DNA of 64,000 bases from the human T2T-CHM13v2.0 reference genome, Homo sapiens. The notes under the pieces are model-generated. The model searched no databases and had not been told where the DNA came from. It worked only from the letters and a program-made list of their open reading frames with translations. The stretch is taken from assembly GCF_009914755.1 (NCBI RefSeq), contig NC_060941.1; one strand, given 5' to 3'. The stretch's first letter is position 1, and each line of letters begins with the position of its first letter. The position numbers were made by a program, and so were the translations under genes. This document shows positions 51,350-64,000 of this stretch, piece by piece.

Positions 51350-52945
51350 CTTAGAGAAAAGGTGAGGCGAATAGTCTTAGAGACCAGTAGACTATTGCTG
51401 TCCAGTGTGTGGTACTTAGAATCTGGATTGGGGTGAAGGCAACAGGAATGGAATGGGAAGAAAATACATGAAAAAATTGCAGACATGAAACTGGCAGAAT
51501 TTGGCAATAGTTATTGTGGGTGACAGAATTGGAGGTGAGACTCAGGTCTTGTGAGAAAATGTTGGAAATGAGAAACTCAGGAGAACATAGTTTTGGAAAA
51601 GTAGAGAATATCATTGCACATATTTTCAATATCGTGAAAGGAAACTGGAAGCTGAACTGAAGAGAGGAAGAATTACTGGCATTTCAATTTATTGAAGCCT
51701 AGCTTCAATCAGTCTGCACGTGTTTAGGAAACACACTGTTGACTACTTTTGCTTGAAATACCCTCTTTACTTGGCTTTTCTCACTCCAAGCATTTCTGGT
51801 TTTCCTTTTACCTCTCTGGCTGTCTCTTTTCAACCTCTTTTGTGTCCCTTAAAATGTTGGGGTTCCTCAGGAGTCTGTCTTTGACCTATTATTTTTCTCT
51901 AATTATTCTCCTCCAAATTAATCACATCTGTTTCATAGCTTCAATTAGTATCTTTATGCTGCTAACTCTCAAATATGCATATGCCACCTCGGTCTCAGTT
52001 TAGAACTCTGGATTTGTACCAGCATAATGTGTTGGGTATTTCATGATCACATAGTAAGCTTGAAATTAAACACATTCAGTTGCCCCCTCAGTCCTCTCTA
52101 AACATGCATCTATATCTGTGTTTTCTATCTCTGGCAATACTCTAGCCAAAAATCTGGACACCTTTAACTCCTCTCTTTCCCTCACCTCCCACTTCCAGTA
52201 AGTCGCAGAATAGACCGTCAATTCTGCAATCTCCGCAATCTCTCTGAAATCCCTCCAGTTCTCTCTACCTCGCCCTGCCACTCTTCCTTCAGGACACCAT
52301 TATCTCTTGCCTGAATTGCTCCATAAGCCCTCAGCCTTGCCCTTCTCTAATCCATTCTCCACACTGTAACTGGAGTGATTTTTATAAAAAGGCAAGTCTG
52401 ATCCTGTCACTGCACTGGTTCAAACTCTTTAGCAGCCCGCCTTAACTCCTTACATGGTTTACAAGCCCTGTGTGATCTGGCTCCTGCTAAACTTTCTTGC
52501 TTCGCCTCTCAGCCCGTGCCCCTCCCCCATACTCTGGGTTCCAGCCAGCCTGTGCTATTTTCAGTTCCTCTAATTTGCCATGCTACTTTCTCTTACCTCT
52601 ATATCCTAGGGTTATTTTTTTTTGCTTTTTTTTTTTCTTAACCATCTTTTCATCCAATTCCTGTTCACTCTTCAGGCCAAAGCTTTGAACTCACTGTTTC
52701 TAGAATGAGTAGGCTTTAATGTTCCTCATGTGTGTTCTAATAGCTCCATGTTATTTTATGCATTATTACATTGTATTATAATTGCTTATTACATGTCTGT
52801 ATTCCAAGTCCTCTCTCCATGTCCCTGCCCTCACAAACATAGTATACCTTCAGTAAGGAATAGGCCTTGTTTATTTTGGTCACTGTCGTATTCTCTCCTC
52901 CCGGCATGGTGTCTGGCTTATAAGTTTTCAGGAAATAAATAAATG
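51350..52945. mobile_element. L2 fragments in both orientations
   Basis: Pyrimidine-rich L2 3' motifs ending in a gtgtctggcttataag...aataaat tail. Confidence 0.65.
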
Positions 52946-53659
52946 CCAGGAACTTGATTAATCTTGATTAATTAAATAGAACACTTAGACAGTTTGATCC
53001 AAGCCCTGCCCTCATGATACTTACAGTCTGTGTGGGAGTAACACTGTATTTGCACATCCCAAAGCAGTACTGTGTAAAACATAAGGTGCATTGTGAACCA
53101 GATTAGCAAAGTAGGCCACATGGAGAAGCAGCAGATGCATTTAAAGAGCAAGACTGAGCCATATCTTTAAAAGTCAAAGCAGATATGATGTTTATAATTC
53201 ATTACTAAATCCATGTAGATCCTCTTAGATTCTGAATTTAGGAAAGACCTCTTGGATTGGTCCTGAATGGCACTAGGCTCCAGAAATAAGAAAAGGAAGA
53301 GTATTTTCTTGGGTACTTGTGAGCTACCATTTGCTTCATTGGGAACTGCCATTCTTATGTAAGGGCACTATAACAAGAGTGTTCACATTTAAGGGCATCA
53401 GGTCAATATTGCGTCTGTGTGAGTTTGTGTGCATGTGAATGCACACATGTATTTTCTATTTTTAAATAGAAACACATTATAAAAATAATGCATCCTCATA
53501 AAACAGCACAGATAGAGTAAAAAGTGAAATCTCCCTTCATTCTACCCACTCCAGTTTTACTCCCTCTCTTAGAGGTAGACACTGTAAAGAGATTGGTATG
53601 AATTTTTCAAACCCTTTCCTAAGTATTTATACAATAATATATAATCAATCCATTCATTC

Positions 53660-53799
53660 ATTTATTGAGACAGGGTCTTGCTCTGTTGCCCAGGCTGGAG
53701 TGCAGTGGTGCAATCATACTCCATTGCAGCCTCGCACTCCTGGGCTCAAGTAGTCCTCCCACCTCCACCTGCCAAGTAGCTGGGACTACACCCAGCTAA

Positions 53800-53857
<58 letters not shown>

Positions 53858-53975
53858 TGTAGAATTGGAGTCTCACTATGTTGCTCAGGCTGGTCTCAGA
53901 CTCCTGGCCTCAAGCAGTCCTCCCGCCTCAGCCTCCCAAAATGCTGGGATAACAGGCATCAGCCACTGTGCCTGA
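53660..53975 (-). mobile_element. AluJ-like with (TG)n (53802-53854) in its linker
   Basis: Reverse Alu arms around a TG array. Confidence 0.88.
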
Positions 53976-56900
53976 CTTTTTTTTTTTTTTCAACCTAGTA
54001 GTGTATCTTGGGTTTTTTTCTGTGATAAAGCACACAGATAACATTTTATTTTTTAAAAAGTTAAATAGTATTAGCAGATCTGCATCCACACAAGTCCCGT
54101 CATGGTAAGTTAGCGTCTCTTCCTCAGCAGTAAGAAGGCTCCTAGGCACACACCAGAACAAGGTTGGCATTGCGTCTCCTTTCTACTCACTTGTATGGCC
54201 CTAGGCTTCTCAATGCGGCAGGGCCCTGGGCGCTCAGCTACTTGAGCCTTGGTACCCTTGCCTGAAAAATTGTTTATTGGTAGGTAACATTAATGTGTGT
54301 AAGTTTTCTAACACAGTACCTGGCTGACTGTCAAACACTCCATGGATGATAGTTACTTGGTATGATTATATTGCCAAGAGGCACTTTTGGAGCTCTGTAA
54401 AAGGCAAAAATTTATAACCCAATCCCTTTAATCTAATGTTAAGATGTGTTTTCTTCTTATCTTAAATTTTGTTGCTGTTGAAAATAGTTAACACCTGAGA
54501 TTTTCCTCCTATGCTGTTTTATAATTACCCATTTTGAACAGTGTTTGTTGATAAGGTAGTCAAGGGGACACTTCGAAATATTTTTTCTTTATTTGTGAAG
54601 TCATACTTTGGCTGATTTATATTTAATTTTTATCACATTACATCGGAGAGGAGCAGATAAATTTTCTATCACCTCTATAAATTTTCTATCACATATAAGA
54701 AAGTGTATCTTATATGTGATACACTAACTTGGAAAAACAACAGCTATCTTGATAGACACAATAGAGAATAGGATGTCAGAGGAAGAGAAGAATTAGAATG
54801 TTAACAATAATGCTAGTAAAAAGCTACCCAGGACTTAAATGGTATTATTTGAGAGTACTTCTACCATGATTCAAATAAGACTTGCCTTGGAATTCCATAT
54901 GATTTGTTACTTAGAGCAGTCTACCTTTAATATGTTTAATATGGTCATACTTTAAAAAAAAAAACCTGCAAGAAACTTGGGTTTCACGTTTTTGCTTTTT
55001 AAAGAATTAACATAATGTTATTTCAGGTTTGTAAAGGAAGTTACAGAAGATAGCAATAAATCCCTTCCATATACCATTTTAGTCATAGTGCAAAATTAGG
55101 CATTGAAAATTATTATGGGTACTGTATTAGATATTCAAAGATTTATTTGTGGCTTTGACTTCTTTACCAACACCTCTGGCTTTAATACAGTATCTTTTAT
55201 CAGAGCAAGTAATAGTTTGAATCCTTTTCTTACAAATCCTCTTTTTACTCAAGTGACTGCAAACTTATAAAGATGCACACATCTGTAGCTTGAACGTCTA
55301 TGCTATTTGCTCAAGTATTTACTTGAATTTATCCTCGATGATATGATTTTTTTAAGTGCTTTGATTTTAAATTCTATCTAGAATCCCATCATGAGGGAGA
55401 AATCTTAGCAAGACTTAAGCACCTTTTCATAATGACTGGTTACTGTAGGATAAACCTATAATTAGTATATTGCTAATCCACACGTTAGATATATCCCATC
55501 AAATTTCAAATATACACAGGAGAATTATCCACATTGAAGGTTATTAGTGCATTCCAGGGACATTTCCATGTTGATTCACAACTACCCCTTTACCTTACAC
55601 TTTCCTGTGTTACTAGACGTCTCTTTCTGTAAAACTTCTCTTTGTTGTTACTTTTTACTTTTGTATGTGTTACCTGATTACTTTGGCTTCCTCTGTGACT
55701 ACTGAGGGAGCCAATTGTGGCTGTGATGAGCTTAGAGAAAGGGAGATGGGGAAGACTCGCTTAAATGAGTTACAAATTCTCTGTAGTCTGATCTTTATCT
55801 GGCTATTGCAGTATGACCATGGGTGATACTAAATGAAATAGAACTCAACTCCCCAAAATTTGGATTTGTCTTATAAGTCGTAATGGCTCCAGGTGGGATA
55901 CTGTGTCAGACCAAGGATAGGCAGATGATAGTTTATTGCCACAGTCAAAAGATCGAACCCTTTTTTTTCATGTTATCTAGAAATGAATCTTTAAAAAAAA
56001 AAAAAAGGAATGGGTTGAACTTATAATATTTTAGCAACTCATAAAATAACTTGAAGAAAAAGATCATTTGGAAGGAGAGACAAAACAGACTGAAAGACAT
56101 TGTTTAAATTTATGACTTTTATTATCTTACTTGAATGCTATTTTTGCCCCTCTCGCTATTATTAAACCCTTTGCTTCCTGTTTTCAGTTGCTCCTGTCAA
56201 GGTATGAATTTTTCTTTGGATGATTGTCATCTATTTCATATTATCTAGTATTCCTCTCTATTATGAGAAAATCAAAAGTAGACAGTGTATCTATAGCTAT
56301 AGATTTAAATGCACTAAGGTAATTATATATTTGAATCAGAGACCTAAGGAATAATCTAGTGTAGCATTTACCAAATTTATTTAAACTTAACATGCTTACA
56401 TGAAGACAGACCTATTTATGTTTCCAAGGAACACCAGTTTGAGAAATGCTGATCTTACCTGTGTCATTCTTATTTTGTAGATGAGGACATTGGGACCTCA
56501 GAAGAATAAGGCAACTTATTTAGGCTAAAGTCACTGCTTGTCTACTGGGGCTGGAATCCAGGTTGCTTAGTCTGGTGCCCTTTAGGCTTCATGATTCAGC
56601 CACTTAAGACAATTTGATTTATTGTTGGGCTTTTTAATTCTAGATTTCATAACTTGGATATGAAACTGTACTTCCCAGTCTCCAAAATAAGCTTCACTGT
56701 TTTCTGGAACGTGAATTAGATTCAGAAAGCCCCTTACTGCCTTTAGATTATTGCAGCCTCCCCAGTGGGCCCCAGGGATCCAGGAAAAATATCTTTGTTT
56801 TTCACCTAGTCCTCTCCTCAGCTTTTAGAGGGACTCTTAGATCTATGTTTATGAAAAGACTTTTATTAGTTCTTATAGTTGTAGTAATGCATGTTTATTG

Positions 56901-57975
56901 TAGAAAATTTCAAAAATGTAGATGAATAAGAAGAATAAAACAATCACTCAGTGTAAAAAACAAAAAACCCTGAAAAAGTACCATTAATATTCTGGAGTAT
57001 ATCATCCAGCTAGTTTTAGCTGTATATACATAGAGCCAAAAAAAAAAAAAAAAGCATTTTGCTGTTTTATAACTGGTTTTCTCCCCACTCAGTAAGTTAA
57101 CAGTTTTTCTTAAATATTCTCTACAACATTCTTTATTTTGTAGAATGATAATGCTGTGGTTTGTTTAATCAATCCCCTCTAGTTAGAAATTGTATTCAGT
57201 TTTTTACTATTATACACTATGTTTAACAAGCACCTTAGAAACTAAATATTTCTACACATTCATATTTCTTTAAGATAAATTCCTGGAAGTAGAATTGCTG
57301 AATCAAAAAGGATTCACAAGTGTAAATGTTTTTGACATGCACTGCCAAATTTAGACTTCCTTTTTGAAAAGTCAAATGTTAAGGAGATCAAAGCAATCAC
57401 TAAGCAGGTACTCTGGAAGAGAAATAGAAATATAAAAAATATAATGGTTTCATGAGAAACTAATAGACAAGGTTTCAAGAGACTTGGAGTCTAGTTTTGG
57501 ATTTGTCATTGAATGGCTGTGACTTTTGGGTCTTAGTTTCCTCATTATAAAAATGGGAAGATAGACTAGAAATAGAAACTTTTTCAGAATAGTCACCTTA
57601 TGAATGTTGTTTCAGTGAAATATAAAGGTCTGTACATAAGTTCTGCAGGGAAGATGCCATGTATTTGCTCATTCTTCAAGTTTCAGCTTGATTGCCTTTG
57701 GAAGGTCTGTCACACTTAACGTCCTCCTAATAGAAGTAATTGTTTTACTTTTTGGCTCCTCATAGCCCTTTTTAAATGTTGGTTCTGTATAGTTGTATCT
57801 TTGATTTTTAATATTGAGGTATTTGTAACAGAGGTTATCTTACTCATCTCCTGAAAGCACTTGGCTTAGCATAGTTCTTGGGTATATAATAGAGACTCAG
57901 TAAGTATCTGTGGAAGTTGAGAGTGATACCTTGTTCCCCAGTGTATAACAGCAAAGCCTAGCCTCCTCCTGTTGA

Positions 57976-58525
<550 letters not shown>

Positions 58526-60494
58526 TAGCTTTGTCAGGCAAATTGATATTCAAGTTCCAGGTCTGCCACTTACCAGATGTGTCTTCCCCTTACCAGGGGA
58601 AGGTCACTTTACCACTGTAAGCCTCAGTACCTCTTCCTTAAAAAGAGGGTAAAAATAATACCTTAGCTCATAGTTTTAAAAATGATTACGTAAGAGAACA
58701 TATTAAAACACGTAGTATAGCCCTTCCCATATCTGCAGTTCTGGCCTTGATCTGTAACTTCTTGGATCTTATATGCATTTATTATTTATTTGTTTCTTTT
58801 TAAAATAACATTTATATTTTTTCAACTTTTAGAGGTTAATATGTTCATTATAGAAAACTGAAAAACACAAGAGGCATATAACTAAAAAATCATCCATAAC
58901 AGAATCAGTTTACATTCTGATGTATCTTTCCAGTCCTTGTATGTGTATACATATATACATAACTGAGTATACCTTTTTACATGGTTACACTTATATAGTA
59001 TGTGCCATGCTTTCTTGCATATCATGAGTACTTGAGTATCAAAATACTCAGGGCTTTAGGATTCAGACATTGGTAAATATTCACGATACATTTTCTTATC
59101 TTTTGTGGGGACAAAAATATCTTAAAAAACAAAATGGCAACAGGTCTCTGGAAATGCATATTGGCAGGTTTATAGTTAAATACTGTGTTCACTTAATACC
59201 CAATATAAAATGAGATACAAAGCAGTCAAGTAAGTATAATGCTTCTTAGATAGTTCAGTATGAGATCTGCACTATTAAAATATTACCAGAAATGATGTTT
59301 CTACTTAATTATTTAACAATTCATATAGTATTCACAAAGTATACCAAGAAAAAAGCACACATATGTCAGTGGTTATAATCAGATTGTAAATATGGACATA
59401 TCTATATATATCTCTTCCCTTACCTTTCTTTCTGCCCCTTCCTTAGCAATCCAGTACGTACTGATGTATACTGCTCATAGGTGGTTTAACATTGCCATTT
59501 CCAAGATGCTTCTTTTCTAATGAAATTAATTTACTATCTAGTTAATTCACTAGCTCTATTTTATACATTGTCACCTCATAACATCTAGAAAGCTTAGTGT
59601 TGTGAAGTAAGGACTGATAAACAGAGGCACTTTACTAAAAAATCACTTCCTAGAACTGCGGCTACAATATGAAACTATCTTCTAGATATGAACATACTTG
59701 CAAAGAACCTTCCTTTTGCCTTTCTTCTTCCTTCTTCAGCTCAATGAATAAGTACAGAAATGCATATAGCTCTACGAGATGGGTTAACAACAGTCACTCC
59801 CAGACAACAAGCCTTGCTAAAAACTCTAACAAGAGGACATTTATCAAAGAATTATTTTACTTCTTAAACTTTCAGCATACTTTGGGCACTTCTCAGCATT
59901 GGGGCCTTGTTTGTCCTTTGCATACTCAACAATGCTAAGTAAATGCACTTGCAGAACGACGAGTAGATAATCTGCATTTATCTCAAAACACACTGGCACA
60001 GAACTCTTCCACCGTCACTTCCTGTCTCTCCCACCTCCTTTACTACCCAATGAGCAAAGAATATGTAGCTCAAAGAGATAAAAGTTTAACAGTTCCATTC
60101 TAAAGACAGTCATTCCTGTTAATTGACATAAACTTACTTAAAGTGTGTTATTTTGTGAAGACTACATGTTTCAAACGTCTACTGTATAATGATAGCATTG
60201 ATTAAATTGTGTGCATATAACAAAGGCTATAATCTGAAAGTATCTTCGAAATATGAATATTATAGCCAAGTACACTTCACCTTCTCACTTCCTTCTTATC
60301 ATTATCAGCCCAAAGGACAATATCAGCGTTCCAAAAGTTGTTTTCAGAAGATAGTCTTACCTATGAAGTTTTCGGGCATACAAGAAAAGTATATAATATG
60401 TTTTAGTTCATCATCTCTTCTTTTGTCAAACATTAGCAACCTCTTTATCATCTAGACAACAAGATGTAAAATTAGGACTTGCTTGTTCATTGTA

Positions 60495-60719
60495 CAGATA
60501 ACCCTCAATGGGTTATGTCTCAGCAAACCCATCGTAAGTTGAAAATATCCTAAGTTGAGAGTGCATTTTTGACTTACAGTATTTTCAGTTGACTATGGGT
60601 TTATCTTGTCGTAACTGATTGTAAATCGAAGAGCATTACCAAATGCATATTGCTTTTATACCATCATAAAGTAAAAAAAATTGTTAAAAGTCAAACCAGT
60701 TTAAGTCGGGGACCATGTG
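60495..60719. mobile_element. Tigger4-type (MER46) DNA transposon
   Basis: aaacccatcgtaagttgaaaatatc...taagtcggggaccatgtg; flanking TA dinucleotides. Confidence 0.82.
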
Positions 60720-61455
60720 TATACACTATGTGCACAGCAAAGTAAAATAAAATGCACAGAACATGCAGGTAATCTTGCCTAACTACAAACACATGGTATA
60801 GAACCCTTTATTCCTTCCTACACTTCCTTTGCCTTCCTCCTCCCTCAGTCCACAAGCACAGATCTGTACCACTCAAAGAGGAGGTCTAATAATCCCATTT
60901 CCGAAAGACAGTATTTCATTAAATTTATTAATTCCTTTTATCCAGGCATTTAGTGGTCATTTTTAGATGACCTTTACCACATATCTTCAGATGCTTTCAC
61001 CGTCCGCCATAAGAATTTTTACTGAAATGAATTCTTGAAATGTTTAAAACTTTGTTACATTCTTTCTCGTTCCACAAGTAGTTATCCCTTCCCAGTTACC
61101 TTTCTTTTTTAGGTCTGTGGAGTCATGATACATCTATCCCCTTTTCCTTTGTTTTTCATGCATTTGTCAAATTTATTATTGAATACTCCTAAATTTTTTC
61201 TGCCTTTATCATTTGTTTTTTCTTTTTCATTGCTTTAGTCAGTTACCCTTGCACTACAGCAGTAGCCTCTTTATTATCTTCCTTGCCTTTAGTCTTCTTC
61301 CTTTCCATCCTGGAATATTTATTTCAGAGCTTACTGTACAAAAATACCAGATTCTATCAGAGAACATTAAAGGAATCACAGAATCTCAGTATTGCAAAGG
61401 ATCTTAGCCATCTAGTGCACACACCTGTTTTTTATTTGAATCTCTTCTACATTTC

Positions 61456-62342
<887 letters not shown>

Positions 62343-63169
62343 CTCTTCTGCATTTCTGCTGAGTAACTTCTGCCAGGTTCCTTAGGCTAAGCTTAAGTTC
62401 CTCCAGTGACAGGAATCTCACTCCCTCCTAAGGCTACATTCCTCTTTTGGACAACTATAGGTTTAAGTTTAGTCTTCCTTATGTTAAGGTAAGATGTATT
62501 TGCTTGTATCTTCTCCTACAAGCTCTGGTTCTTCCCCTGAAACTACACAGAACAAGCATGATACTACTTCTTTATGAACACTCTTTAGGTATGAAGAAAG
62601 CTATTGTCCAGACTTCCCTGCAGATTCCTCTTTTCTCTAAGCTAATTCTCCTAAGCTTGGTTGGTTTTTTCTAGCCAGTCTTTTTAGCCCTTTACCATCC
62701 TATTCACGTTTCTGTGAACTTTAACATTTATGTATATTAATGTTAAGCTGTGAAACCTAGAATTTAGTGGAGTAATGCAAATGTGGTCTCTGTTGTAAAA
62801 TAGATCAGAACTATTTATTCTTTATTTAAAACACTAGTCCTTTAATGTAGGCCGAAATTGTGCTAACATTTTTGACATCGACATTCTATCTTAATGCTTA
62901 TCTAGTTTACTAATGAATGAAATTCCCAGTCATCTCTCACAAAACTGTATCTCCCCCAGCTGTACTCAAGTACAGAAAACATCTATTCTTGATAACTTTT
63001 ATCTTGTTAGAATAGCTCTTTTCTCTTCTATAGCTACAACTTGTCAGTGTGTCCTTATCAGCTTATGATTTAATTGAGGCTATAGAACATATACACTTAA
63101 AAAAAATAAGCTAAGAACTCTTAGAATAAAACAACATAATGTATTGTCAGTTGTAACCATGAATGATGT

Positions 63170-63342
63170 TTTTCAAAGTGTGTCCTCTGGCCTACATTAG
63201 AGTTACTTAGGGCGCTTGTTAAATATTCAGTTTCACTCCAGACTTAATGAATTCAGATTTCTAGGAGTGATGTCTGGAAATCTGCATTTTAACAAGCTCC
63301 ATTGGACATTGGTGCATATTAAAGGTTGACAGCTGCTACTCT
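63170..63342. mobile_element. MER5-type hAT MITE
   Basis: cttgttaaatattcag...gaattcagatttctaggag...aatctgcattttaacaagctcc. Confidence 0.7.
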
Positions 63343-64000
63343 AAGTACTGAAGGATTGAGCCCAAAGATATGATCAGAATTAGGTGGCATTAATAAAGGA
63401 GGTGATTTCTGGGGACAGAAGAACATGAACTGTTAGAGTAGGTAGAAATTCCAGGTGTAGTAAAGAAGAAATAAATTGTCTGCTAGGGAAGATATTTGCT
63501 AGGCTGAATTAGGGGCCCAATAGAACAGCACATAAAAGGAGTTAAAAGCTAAGGGACGGAAGGAAAAAAAACAAAGAAAGAAAAAACTATAAAATTCTGA
63601 AACCAGTAAAGATACATGCTGCCATTTGGCAGCAAGGCAGACCTGCTATAGAAGAAGCATGATCTTTGTCATCAAGAATTCATGAAATACCAGGCAACAC
63701 CCTATGAGGGAATGTAAAAGGGTGGGGGTGTCAGCAAAGATTAGTTTGGAGCATTGCTACACACATCTCATCTTTAGTTCTAGGCTATCTAATGAGAAAA
63801 TCTATATTAAATCTAAGTTGACTGATTTGGATATAGACCAGTCGGATGGTAGACAGCTTGCACAGCTGCTTGGTGCTCAGGAAATAGGCTGTTTTCACTA
63901 GCATAGCAAAACTCAGAGTGCTCTTGGCATTTTGAAGTTGGTGGGACAACAGCAAGTCTCTACCAGACAGAATAGTGCCACGAAAATGGATGGTCAAAGT

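Overview
Mammalian (human-type, Alu-rich) genomic DNA from inside the NSF gene (N-ethylmaleimide-sensitive factor) on the + strand. It holds the 3' part of intron 1, seven intact in-phase coding exons (2-8, about residues 5-249: the N domain and the start of the D1 AAA domain) and the 5' part of intron 8. Exon 1 and exon 9 (Walker A) lie outside the window. The sequence alone cannot separate NSF from its near-identical 17q21.31 partial duplicate NSFP1. The rest is mostly repeats: about 40 Alus (mostly before 39 kb), old L1/L2/MIR fragments, MaLR LTRs, Tigger/MER DNA transposons and microsatellites. Repeat subfamily calls are by eye and boundaries are approximate. The most anomalous stretch is a ~395-bp GC-rich, CTCF-motif-rich segment (17659-18053) sitting where the tail and target-site duplication of an Alu should be. 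Other leads: a candidate 14-nt poison microexon, a cryptic poison acceptor at exon 8, a ~140-bp dispersed intronic duplication, convergent CTCF motifs around exon 8, a chimeric Alu-monomer array and template-switch scars.
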